The notes beneath the pieces were generated by a model that did not search any database, was not told where the DNA came from, and worked only from the letters and a program-made list of their open reading frames with translations. From Tubiluchus corallicola (taxonomy: Eukaryota; Animalia; Priapulida): DNA of 64,000 nucleotides. The position numbers and the translations under genes are program-made. The stretch is taken from positions 310,001 to 374,000 of the forward strand of contig JAQGDQ010000001.1 of assembly GCA_030141605.1 (NCBI GenBank), written 5' to 3'. Shown piece after piece: positions 50,711 through 62,128 of this stretch. Each line of letters starts with the position of its first letter. Position 1 is the first letter of the stretch.

Positions 50711-52600
50711 TTATGCACTTGCACCTTGTGGTTGCTGAAATCGCTGATTAAATGCGCCGCGATTTCCTCGCATTCCTGCACCTCTGCTACCTCTTGGGGC
50801 TGCTCGAGAGCTACCACTATTACCACTAGATCGATGGTGAAATCCATTCTCAGTGTTATAAGAAGGGCTCTGGTGCCTGCCAGTGTTATTGCGGTAACTT
50901 GCATCACCACCACGATAGCTACCTCTACCACTATACGTGATGTTTCCTCCACGACTGCCTCTTCCACGTATGTTTGCTACAGGAACTGGCCCCTTCTGGT
51001 GTGGATAACCACCAGGTGCTTGCTCATCATTATCCCCATCATTCATGCTCTGCTGAGGACTACTAATGTTCTGAATCATTTGTTCTTTTCCTGTCACTAC
51101 ACTATTATTATATTCGTCTTTTAATACCTGACTGTTTTCTTCTTTGTATGCACTCGACTTGAATGACACAGCATTAACATTCAATGTACTTGTTTCCGGG
51201 CTAAGCTGACTAGGAAGGGGAATGGGTGGGGGAGCATCAGGTATGTCTTGTCCTTCAATCAGTGTATGAGAAACCTGACCTAATTTAGAAGCTTGACTGT
51301 ATGCCAAGTTGTTACCATAATTTGGACTTCCACTTGCAATATAGGCAGTGTTCGTGAAAGTGAGACTCTCTACTGGAGCATTTATATCAGCTTGTTGCTC
51401 AAAACTTGATTGAGGACCATATGTCGTGTCTGTTACAGCCTGCTGGTAAACAGTGTTATGGTATGTTGGCGCATCAGTTACAATCTGAGGTGGTGGTGGT
51501 GCCATTGGATGAGCAGCTACAACAGCAGGATCCATGTGTGGTGATTCAAAATCTATTTGGCTTTCCTGTAGAAAATTATAGCCACCTTGCACAACTGAGA
51601 TAACTTCGCTTATTGGCCGTATTCGTTGCTCATAGCTTTGCTGTTCAGCAAAGTAGCAACTTTCCTGCTCTTGAAGTTCCTGAGCACTAGGTTGTGTGTG
51701 AACTGGCTGTATAGTTGTCACACTACAAGGTTGGGTTGCCGAAGCCCGTTGTGTAGACACATCATCTTGTTTCACCATGATGAAGTCTCCATACTCAGTG
51801 GATTCATCACGACCGGTTTTGTCGCCGTCGCCGCTCTCATCATCACTATCTCCCGAGGGTTTAGGTGGTGGTGGGTCTTGGTTTTCAGATGGATCATCTT
51901 TTCCTTCATCTTCCGGTTCATCTTCTTTTTCTTTGTCATCGGCTGAACCTTCACTAAAGTATTTGCTGCTACTGATCAACTGCAAGAGATCATGCAAATC
52001 TTTGTATGTTGTGCCCAGTACCTCTTTAGGTTTCGCATCCAATAAATTACAGATATGTTCAGCTGCAACACTAAGCTGTTCACTGAACGGTATGTCAGAC
52101 TCAGTTTCCCGACTCGGGCAAATCAATTTGTACAGTTCATCAAGAAGGTCAAGATTTTCTTCTGTTAGTAAACAAGCATTATTTTTGCCTGCCAAGAAAT
52201 CTTCACGTACATTATCAGATCCTAAGTTTGTTAGTAAATCTTGTATACGTAACAATTCCCGATAACGAGAAACCTCATACTGCTGCCGTTCTAATGCCTC
52301 CCGTTTGGCTTGCTTCTTTAATTGTTTTACAGCATCTGTACTGATTTGGGTGAACTGCTTGTGTAGGTCTCGGATAAGATCTAACTGTCGCAGAACCTCA
52401 TCGTATCGCTTGATAGCTTGCTGCTGATCTTCATTTAATTCTTTCCCGGCTTTGGCTTGCTCTCGAATCTGATCTAGTTTTCCCTTCCGCTTTTCCAAAT
52501 TTCTCACTTTCTTTTCAACGACAGTTAAAGCTTGTTTCAAAGATTCAGGGACATCAGGAGATAAAAAGGGTTTGTCTAGTTTTGAAGCAGCAGAAGGCAT
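50711..52600 (-). CDS. CAPRIN1: Caprin family RNA-binding / stress-granule protein, 629 aa, single coding exon
   Basis: HR1 region (VEKKVRNLEKRKGKLD...GKELNEDQQQAI.RY.EV), G3BP-binding-type YNFLQES motif, MDPAVV, C-terminal RG/RGG-rich region; acceptor ttttag about 18 nt before the ATG. Confidence 0.93.
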   Translation of the reverse strand: MPSAASKLDKPFLSPDVPESLKQALTVVEKKVRNLEKRKGKLDQIREQAKAGKELNEDQQQAIKRYDEVLRQLDLIRDLHKQFTQISTDAVKQLKKQAKREALERQQYEVSRYRELLRIQDLLTNLGSDNVREDFLAGKNNACLLTEENLDLLDELYKLICPSRETESDIPFSEQLSVAAEHICNLLDAKPKEVLGTTYKDLHDLLQLISSSKYFSEGSADDKEKEDEPEDEGKDDPSENQDPPPPKPSGDSDDESGDGDKTGRDESTEYGDFIMVKQDDVSTQRASATQPCSVTTIQPVHTQPSAQELQEQESCYFAEQQSYEQRIRPISEVISVVQGGYNFLQESQIDFESPHMDPAVVAAHPMAPPPPQIVTDAPTYHNTVYQQAVTDTTYGPQSSFEQQADINAPVESLTFTNTAYIASGSPNYGNNLAYSQASKLGQVSHTLIEGQDIPDAPPPIPLPSQLSPETSTLNVNAVSFKSSAYKEENSQVLKDEYNNSVVTGKEQMIQNISSPQQSMNDGDNDEQAPGGYPHQKGPVPVANIRGRGSRGGNITYSGRGSYRGGDASYRNNTGRHQSPSYNTENGFHHRSSGNSGSSRAAPRGSRGAGMRGNRGAFNQRFQQPQGASA

Positions 52601-54049
52601 TCTTCTTAAGCAAAAACACTAAAAACAAAAATAAATTAAAGAACAAATATAGTACCAATTTAGCAAGCAAGAACTAAAAAAATTAATAAATAAATCTATC
52701 ACACTGAATAATTATCTCACATCAACAATACATGATATGGTACACTTTATACATATTATATGTATTACGTGTTGCAACTTAACATACATTAAGATGTTTG
52801 TTCTGTGGCGCAGCATGGGCTTTCAGCTGTGGATCTGATCAATAATAATTAGTAGTAACTTCAGTTTGTTTCCAACAGTGTTAGTAATACTAGGGCCCAC
52901 AGCACTACAATATACAGTCATTGCCAGATACTGTGCCCATAATTATGACTGATTATGATTATGAATGAGTGATAGACTTGCGACACAATACATTATTGTA
53001 ATTTTCTTTAAATTACTTACACCATTAAATTTTAATCAAATAATCGCTAGATTGTAAATTTGCATTATTTAGTACAGTAACATTGACTCTATTATGTGTT
53101 ATTTGAATCTGGCTTTCAGCCGAACTGCATAAAAGTCTCCACGTCATATTGCAAATAGTGAAATACAATGTTGAGGCGTAAGCATTAGTAATACAACTAC
53201 TGTACTTGGTACATGCTCCTCTACCCTGGTGACTTTCATTTCTACCAGTCTAAACAAATACAATAGGTACTACAGGACCAATGAAAATGACTACTAGTAC
53301 TACCTTCTAATTCCACCAAAGTTAGGAGAAGAAAATCAGTGGTTTGCTATGGATGGCACTTTTTGCATGGTAGTACTAGTGGTCTCATAAAATTGTTAAA
53401 AAATTGTCGAAACCTAATTTTGATACACTAGCTGATACACTAAGCATAAGCACCTAGCAGATAAGCGTGCCAGTTTGTAATATAAATTATCATTATAAAT
53501 ACAAATTACAATTTGACACACTCTGACAATGTCATCAATGCTGTCAATGATTTTACTAATGGCAAAGTGAAATAAAAATAACTTTGTACAATACTGTAGT
53601 TGTTCTTCCAACTCAGAATAATATTATAACACAGTGAGCTAAATTAACTTTTACTTTTTACTAATTTTTAGTTTTACTTTAGGCAATAGGTATACTATTA
53701 CTAATGTGTTTTATTATCATTCTTAAAATAGCAATCAAACTTTTTAAATACCTAGTAAAATTTAACTTTCGCTAGCAACTATTGCTTAATAAGGCGCGTC
53801 ACGACACGAGCGCTAAAATCATGTGACAATGCGCACTAATGCAAGCAAATCTATTTCTTGTAATTTTATTACGCTGAAAACTTGCATGATAATTAAATTA
53901 AAACTAATGTCAAATTAAATAATTTCAAATCAGATATTCCACCTAGCTTGCAGGGTAAACAACGCTTAGAAACGTTACCAAGTAAGATTAATTATGAGAA
54001 AAAGCAGTTCAATGATGCAAATGGACGACAGACTTTCCACACACACGTC

Positions 54050-54160
54050 GAATAACAATATGGAAAATCTTTGGTGCTACCGCGCACGTGCTCGAATTTC
54101 ACGCCGTGTTGTTTCACACTGTCGCTGCCAGTGGACAGCTCGGAAGTGATGGTGAGATTG
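54050..54160. promoter_or_regulatory. Candidate Caprin promoter / first non-coding exon region
   Basis: CpG cluster, E-box cacgtg at 54085, ETS cggaagtg at 54141; possible minus-strand donor gtaacg near 53977. Confidence 0.45.
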
Positions 54161-56376
54161 GTGACAAACTACTGGCTTAGAACCGATAGCAGTGTCTAGC
54201 TTTTTGCTGGATTACTGTTGTGCTTACTTGTCTTAACAAAACATTTATTTCATTTTAGAATTCTGGCTGCCCATTGCCCAAAAGCCCAATGTTAGTTTAT
54301 TGTTTACAATGTTGTTTTATAATAAAGCAGCGCTTCCGTACCGAGTCTCTGAAACCAGTTTCACAGTGCCAACATTGGAATGTTCAAAAATTTATTTTTA
54401 TATTAACTCAAGCGGCATCACTTACTGCTAATGCTAAGTACTTGTGACAGGATCGGATCGAGATTATTATTGGTATAATTCCCTAGAGGTAACACTAAGT
54501 CAGCAGAAGACAAAAATTTTATTACAGTAGCTTGATGATTATAGTAGCTATGATTTAACCACGACCTACATTTAGTATTATGACAAGGAAAAAATATAGC
54601 AGCCAAAGGAATACTGCAGAACAACAGTTTCCGAGAAAGGATACCGCCTATCACTAGCAAATTAGTCATAAAAATTCTAATTTTCTGGATATTCGTATTT
54701 GCCATGTTTTTCTATTTATTTCTGAATGCGTTTGCCTTTAGTAATCACTAGGTTTGTTTGAGGAAATTTCCTTAAAAAATCGAAGTCTGGTAAATGGAGG
54801 CACACGCGATTACAGTGGCACTGGTGAACAGTGCAAAATATGCTCTCGTAACAGATATAATATAGTGTGGAAAAACAAAAGTTCAATGTTAATAAAAGAA
54901 CAACATTAAAACTGTTATGGAAATTTATTACACTGACAAAAATAGTGAATATCATGTACAACAAATTCAACAAGAATAGATACTATAATGCACACTACAT
55001 AAAAAAACCAAATTGCTATGTATGTAATGTAAAGCTATTATGCAAGTTTATGTGCTATGAGCTAGAAATAAATATTTATAGCTAACATGATGCCTTTATG
55101 TATCTGTGTCCTGATTAAATAATCGTTATACGACAATAATTTTGTATGATATTAAAAAAGAACTAGAGTGACTAAGCAATTACAGAAGAGCTCCCCAAAA
55201 CACACTACTGGGCACAGAGCAGCACACGTTTCTGTTGATAACCGTTGAAACACAACACGTGTTTATAGAGTAACAGGCTCAAAGCAGCTGTCAATGTTTC
55301 CATGTTGCACCAAGAATAATAAAACTGATGAAAACACCAATGCTTTTTACTTATTTGCAATACTAAAATATCAAACAGTATAAGAGCAAGGACAAAAACA
55401 AAGCAAAAATAAAAACATACACACAACAAAATCTGTGAGTGTGAAAGTAAATAACTATGCAAAATAATCAAAGGCTTAAATTGATGGCAAAAAAGTTCTT
55501 TCTAAATGAACACACTGCATAATATAGTGTGAGTAATATGTGGCAAACCTTTTTGGAAGACTTTTACACACATTTGCACAAAAGCATGTTATGTGGCACA
55601 ATAGCTAACAATTTGTTATGAGGCTGCAGTCAGAAATATTGGCTGGCAAACAGTAATCACCGTGACAAGACATCAAAATGATACTAAAATGAAACCTATG
55701 ACAAATTAGCATAAGTACTGTACCTAACCCACTAGGTTAAAACAGTCTGTGTTAGGTCAGCCAGTTACATACACCGAGTTACTATGCCTCTTATTTCTAC
55801 TTAGTTTAAACCAAACTGTTTATGATACTTTTAAATATTATGTTGCTGTATGTCTGCAAGTGGTCCCTCCAAAAATGGTCAACTTAGCAATGAATAATAA
55901 CAATGTTGTTCAAGATGTATAGACCTATTTTCAAAACAGGTCTACACTATAGTGTTTTCAATTTGCAGAACTTGTAAATAACTAAATAATACCATAAAAC
56001 CAACAAGTCAAAAATGTTAAATTATATGAAAAGTATAACAATTTCTTTAAAAGTGCATTTCTTAAAACTCAATAACTGCTAAAGTTAAAGAATAAATAAA
56101 TAAATAATAGTCTTTGTAAAAAAAAGGAAAACATAATAAATAAAACTAGACATAACGGTAAGTTTTAATAAACATCACAAAGAACTTTCAAGTATTAAGA
56201 CATGAGAAATCATTTAAAATTTTGTCTAACTTAAATTTAGCTGATGATTATTACAATAAAATAATAAAAACATTATTTCCATGCAGGATGACGACACCAG
56301 TCATTCAAAGTTGGAAATGGCACAAATAATTTGTTAACTAGTTAATGTTTTTGATTCTCTAATACAATAATAAACA

Positions 56377-57134
56377 TCAACACCAATCATCATCATCTGA
56401 ATCACTATGATGTTCAGGCAGTCCCGTATGTGCCAAATCTTGTTGCAGTCTAGATTTCAATCCGTTTGGCACAGTAGATATTATTTGTGCTACTCTAGGT
56501 GCACCTTCGAACTGTGAGCGATTATCTATGTAGGCTACTCCACTCCTACTTGTAGCTCTTACACCACCAGCTTTATTGTTCAGGATTTGATTTGAATGTG
56601 AATTGGCATAAGGGGATGGCCACAATTCACTAGACACTCCACTAAACATAGATACTTTTGGTACAGTATGAGTAGGTGATGCACTTACACATGGAAAATT
56701 AATATTACCTGAAACAACATCCGTTGCTGGAATAGTTGGTGACTGTGCCACGTTTGGGAGTTGTACTGTCTTTTCTGTCCGTCGGAGTTGTAAACTTAAG
56801 GTAGATGGTTTGTTGGGGGTTGGTGGCAATTTTCTGCCTTGCCTCTTTTGTGTAAGAGGCACTCCGCCAACAGGACTGGGACTTCTTGAACGAAGCTCTA
56901 GTTGAGCAGTCCCATAGTAATCATTAGAGGAAGGTGTCAGGACGGGGCTAGGACTTCGCGATCGCTGATCTAATGCGGTGGAATGAAATTTATCACAAGC
57001 AGGAGTTAGTACAGCTGAACTTGCAGACGGCAGAGGTGATCGTGTTCGACGAGCTGGCCGACGTATTCTACTGCGCCCTCTTTGCTGTTCTGGCGAAGTA
57101 AGACTGAGAAGGTCTTCATCCATTTTCTTTTTAC
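56377..57134 (-). CDS. Cav2 (CACNA1A/B, cacophony-like) calcium channel alpha1, terminal exon
   Basis: Ends HSDSDDDDWC* (Cav2 PDZ ligand); RKLPPTP resembles the RIM-BP SH3 ligand RQLPQTP; RSRSPSP repeats; actag acceptor, phase 1. Confidence 0.9.
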
Positions 57135-57544
57135 CTAGTATGGAAAAAACAGTACTCATAATTTAAGTTATTTGGATATTTATTTGTGAATTCATAATAA
57201 ATGATGGATGTTTGGATTAATCCCACAATTATTAAATTCTAATACCAAACGTTGCAAACGAGAAGGGAACCGTAAAAAGTCTGTATGAACAGCCATTAAA
57301 GGTTTCTGGTTCAGACCTAAACTCATCATGAGTTTTTCCTGTATTTTTCAATTAAGCCTGTTTTCCAAAATTTAATTACTGTGGGTTCATTCCATCACCC
57401 ATAACTGCAACACTACAGTAACATAATATGTTGCTAAAGTCCAAACTGGCCATTCTAAACCCATTCTGCACTCAAGTACATACAAACTGCAAAGCTAAAA
57501 ACCCCAAAGCTTAATTTTTAGTGAATTCAAGTTTAACGTCTAAC

Positions 57545-57824
57545 CCTTGATTTTCTGAATTCTTTCCTCTGCCGCGATTTCATGTGCTGTATCTACCAAA
57601 TTAAGTACGGCTTTAGAGAAACCAAATGACTGAGTCCTCCTTGGTGATGGTGAACGGGACGCACTACGACTATGCCAGGTAGAGCGATGTGGCGATGGCG
57701 TTCGCCGTGGCACTGCGCCGAGATCATATGAAGGTGGAGAATGACATGACTGACGACTAGGCGAAGTGTCAGACCTGGTGCGCTGAATTGTGTCATGATC
57801 TGGTGGCTTTAAAGAATGTGTATC
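57545..57824 (-). CDS. Cav2 C-tail exon (DTHSLKPP...RSPSPRRTQSFGFSKAVLNLVDTAHE...KIK)
   Basis: ttgtag acceptor, gttaga donor, open 280 nt, phase 0-1; GFS..V.N.V resembles a cacophony motif. Confidence 0.85.
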
Positions 57825-58399
57825 CTACAAATTCCAATAAAAACGTGTTTATCATAATGAGTACACTTACAAACAAAATACATTGTGTAATACTAACATC
57901 CTACATTGTTACTCACGTGTAATACTAACATCCTCAAACCAAATGATGGCAGATTGATATAATCCATTAGGACCAAATTTATACAATTACAACAGGCAGG
58001 ATATTGTTAAAACAGTCAAGTTAATGATTGCTAACTGAAGACAGGAAATTAAACACAAATTGAATAGCTTGCTGTTGCATACAGAATACAGTTGAACAGC
58101 TTGTCTACAAATGCGTACACCTTAGAAGGCAAGCTTAGGCAGGGAATTACCTACAATTACTGAAGCCACACATTTCAATGAATTATAAAGCTAACTGGGA
58201 AAGATATGCTTCTGAGCATCCTACACTGTCCCATGAGGTATTAACTTTTTGTAAATTCAGACATCTTATTATAAGTTAGAACTTGTTAATGAAAACAAAT
58301 TTTTCATTCATTGTACCTATTCTTGGCATTTAAAATTAAGTTTGCATTATTAAGTTGAAACTATGTTAAGTTTGTAGTTTATTCAGAAAGACAACTTAC

Positions 58400-58510
58400 G
58401 AGGGGTACGGTAAGTTTTGGCATTGATGCAGCTCGCAACTCTTGCCCGGCTGACAATAGAGCAGTGGTAACATTTGGGTCTTTCTGTTGTACATTTGATA
58501 GCTCAATTCC
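58400..58510 (-). CDS. Cav2 C-tail exon (GIELSNVQ...RAASMPKLTVPL)
   Basis: tttcag acceptor, gtaagt donor, 111 nt, phase 0-0; RAASMPKL matches vertebrate Cav2 RAASMPRL. Confidence 0.88.
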
Positions 58511-59390
58511 CTGAAATATAATTCTCAATTATGCATAACAGCCCAAGCAAAACTCTTAATTAGTTACAGTTTTGTTAATAATTAGTAATCTGTGACAGAC
58601 AGGATCACAAATTAACATTTAATATTACAAGTGAGTGCTGACTCCTGAATTTTTATTTCTGTAACAAACACACAAGGTGATCTAAATCTAATGATAGGAA
58701 GTCGGGTTCAATTTCTGGTTTGCTCCAAATTTTTTCTGTGATGTTAATGAGTACAATTCTGATTTATTCTATCTGGCAGAAATGTCTCAAAAATTCACTA
58801 ACTAAACAGCAACAGTTTTCTTTGTTACGCCAAAAGCAAAAATACAGCAAAATACACATGCATACTAATATGCACAAAAATAATGTCTTGAACTAATCTC
58901 TCATAGTAAAAATGTACATCTTTAGCAACATTGTGACAATAAAATCACATTAATGTATTATTACTGATGCTGCAGTCTATACTTATCTTAATATTTTGGA
59001 TATTTGTTTACCAAAAGAACTATTTTACAATGCTATACACAACAAGAGAATCATTTAGGTGTAAATAAGGTTAACTAGTGCATTAGCAGCTTTTATATGA
59101 CTATAAAAAGGAGTTATTTGGGACCAAGGTGCGGTGAAAATACATTCTGCGTTATCACTCAACAAAGATAATCAGTCTATTGTTAAAAACTAACAACATC
59201 AAAAGGTTTAAAAATTCATACTCTCTACTACAACACTGTTACATAATTACATTAGTTCAAGTGGTAACATAAACATTGAATTGTATCAAAATCACTGGTG
59301 TACTTGGGCAAACAAAACATATTTAAAAAAAGCTACACATTTATTTCTATAATGACCTTTTTTATAAATGTATGTTCCAGTGCATTTTAC

Positions 59391-59417
59391 CTTTCGTACA
59401 GCCTGCCTTCGGCAGTT
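59391..59417 (-). CDS. Candidate 27-nt Cav2 microexon (NCRRQAVRK)
   Basis: cttgttttag acceptor, AAG|gtaaaa donor, phase 0-0, open frame. Confidence 0.5.
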
Positions 59418-60405
59418 CTAAAACAAGATCATGTTCCACTCACTTTTCCTAGGTTATACTGACCCATTAACTTACTTTTTACAAATGAGATATTTCCTAC
59501 TGAAATGTGCTCAGAATCAGAAATCATACCAGGCTACCAGTTAATCTTAGCAAAAAACTTCTGTATATTGTGTGCAACGTTTTATATGATATAGGTATAC
59601 TATACTTAAAGACTATTATATTCAAACAAAAACTGTACAGAACGATCAGCTGTACTTGGGCTAAGTTATTGCTCATTTATTAGTTGTGCAATGTACTTGA
59701 ATGTAAACTATAGCTAAATTTTATTTACTAGCTTCTCCAAATTAATGATTAAATTTAAATTTATACTTAATAACTTACACCACAAGTTCTGCACTTTACA
59801 ATATGATCTCCTTGGCTTTTATAATTGCTTCTAGAAACATAAGTATAATTTTAGCATAGAGTAGCATTTTCAGGAATCCTAGACTAGGGCTCTTGTATTA
59901 ATCGTAATGTTTCACACTATACCACTAATTATGGTAGGCTATTAATAATTTGTGCAATGCTTGCAGCTTTGCATGCATTTCTCCAGATTTATAGCCATTC
60001 TCTCTAGTAAACTAGTAAAAAAATTAATGTTATACTTGTTACTTTCATTGTTATAGTTTGTAAAACAATTCACACTCACTTTTATTTGGAAACTTATGCC
60101 ATTTAGTGATTTAAATTATTGATTACATAAAAATTTCAAATGTCTGCCGAACCGTTCCATAATGATGTTTAACATGTGAAATAAACGTACAAGAAAGTGC
60201 CAGAATGACAAATTACAAAAATAAGCTTTGATTTACAATTACTTGTTAAAGGTATGTGTGCTAGACACAAAAATAGACAAACTGTTGTTTTTCAAAAGTT
60301 TTGTTTATTTCATGCATTAATATAATTTTAAAGGTAACTGGTAACACAAAAATATTTTGCTGCACAAGACCAAAACAAGGGGAACAGTTAACTTGCTCTA
60401 GATAC

Positions 60406-60471
60406 CTCACAGTCTTCTTCTTCTTCTACTACATCATCCAAAACAAAACTGTCTATAAATGGTATTGCTCC
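60406..60471 (-). CDS. Candidate 66-nt Cav2 cassette exon (GAIPFIDSFVLDDVVEEEEDCE)
   Basis: tttcacttcag acceptor, GAG|gtatct donor, phase 0-0, open frame. Confidence 0.5.
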
Positions 60472-60828
60472 CTGAAGTGAAACAACCCGAAGGTGCCAAA
60501 ATACTTGTGCATCAGAAATAATGAATAATGGATTGCTAACACGTAACAGTCATGTTAAGAATTTAATTATCAGACAGTGAATAATAAAGATGGGTGAAGT
60601 CTATTTAATGTTCAATTATTTTTAAAAATAAACAAATGACAATTAAAATGTTGACACAAAAGCATTACAAGATAAGTAAACAATATTCATTATGGCATTA
60701 ATTCAGGAAATTAAATCCTATTGAGAATACTGATATATTTATATACACGAGCAGCCAAATCCAAGTGTTGTGACATTCTGTTCCTACAAGCTACAAATGA
60801 AACCATGAAAATAATGCTTTTAACTAAC

Positions 60829-60952
60829 CTGTGCACTATATGCATCTGGATGTTGAGGCTCTGTAGAATTACGCTTTTTCCGCCTGCTACTACCTCGACG
60901 CAAAAAGCTGAAGGACCGCTTCCAGGTATGTCCATTATCATGCTTGTCAATG
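60829..60952 (-). CDS. Cav2 C-tail exon (IDKHDNGHTWKRSFSFLRRGSSRRKKR...AYSAQ)
   Basis: ttttag acceptor, gttagt donor, phase 2-0, consistent with neighbouring exons. Confidence 0.78.
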
Positions 60953-61058
60953 CTAAAATAAATGTTGAAAATTTGAAATGGTAGAAAAATCATTCACTAA
61001 AGAAAAGCAGTTCCATAGTTTTTACTCCTTTAAGATAAATTATCAGTAACGCAAATAC

Positions 61059-61210
61059 CTGAGTGTTGAACCATCTTTCAACGAGTGTGATCTGGATCTC
61101 TCCCCTTCTGGATAGTACATGTATTCCCCTTCAGAGTCGAGGCTTTGACTAGATCTGTGAACTGAGTTGCGCATAACACCCATTATTCTTCGGAATAATG
61201 ATGGTGGTCC
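61059..61210 (-). CDS. Cav2 C-tail exon (GPPSLFRRIMGVMRNS...KDGSTL)
   Basis: atttag acceptor, gtattt donor, 152 nt open, phase 0-2. Confidence 0.78.
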
Positions 61211-62113
61211 CTAAATCAAGGAAACAAACAAATAAAAATTAAACTGAACAACTTCAGTAACACAATTGCAAACACAGTTATTCTCAAAATGAAAAATTAA
61301 AAAATTGTACAGAAAGAGAAAGAAAAAAATCTGTTTTGCAAAGAGCTTGAAGTAAACAAAAACTGGACAAACCAAAGTTGACGAATGCCATGAGCACAAC
61401 AATTAAAAATTTAAAGCAACTTAAGATCATTTATTCATTCAAATATTGAGTTCAGAAAATTGGAAAGCACACTGATAATAGCCTATACAGTCACCTCAGT
61501 CAATCAACAATCTCAAAATAAATAGATCCTCATTCAAAACTTGATTAAAGTTGTGTTGTAGTAAATATGCACAATTATATTACAAATTAAGCACATATAA
61601 TTATTAATTAGGAACACTAGCTTAAAACAATTAATCAATTATCTGAATAATCATGTAAAAGGCTAATATCTTAGTGGAATAATAGTAACATTTGTTACAA
61701 TAAATTTCAGTCATGCTGTGAATAACATGAGCACATAAGCCAGCAAAGAAGAGTAAGATATAAGGAAAAATCATGTTTGCAGCCACATCTTGTAAAATCG
61801 AAGACCTTAGCCCTTAGCATTTTCAAAAATTAACATCAGTTCACTGTAGGCTTAATCTAATCGAAGATTTATAGTGTGGGGTAAAAAAACGTGTTTGTTC
61901 TGTTTTGTTCATGTGATAATACAAATAAACACTGATCAACATGTAAACAATAAACTGCAAAAATTGTGCAATTGGTGAAAGTAAGCTGAAGAAAAAGAAA
62001 TATTCATTAAACTTTGGCAAGTTTGAAAAAAAAACAATTTAAAATTGTGAAAAAATAAAGAAATATAAATAGAAATGAAAAAATTCATTCCATTCAAGCA
62101 AAGATGTACTAAC

Positions 62114-62128
62114 CTCTGAAACTTTGGC
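62114..62128 (-). CDS. Candidate 15-nt Cav2 microexon (AKVSE)
   Basis: tattttttatag acceptor, GAG|gttagt donor, phase 0-0. Confidence 0.5.

Noticed and set aside
50660-52265. Plus-strand and alternate-frame ORFs overlapping Caprin
   Set aside because: By-products of low-complexity Caprin codons; no independent evidence.
57135-57159. ATG start of the 260-aa ORF as a standalone gene
   Set aside because: This stretch is the intron's polypyrimidine tract; the ORF is the last Cav2 exon.
60711-60795. Extra Cav2 exon just downstream of 60829
   Set aside because: Would need an intron of only about 45 nt, and the phase-0 frame hits a stop without a convincing donor.
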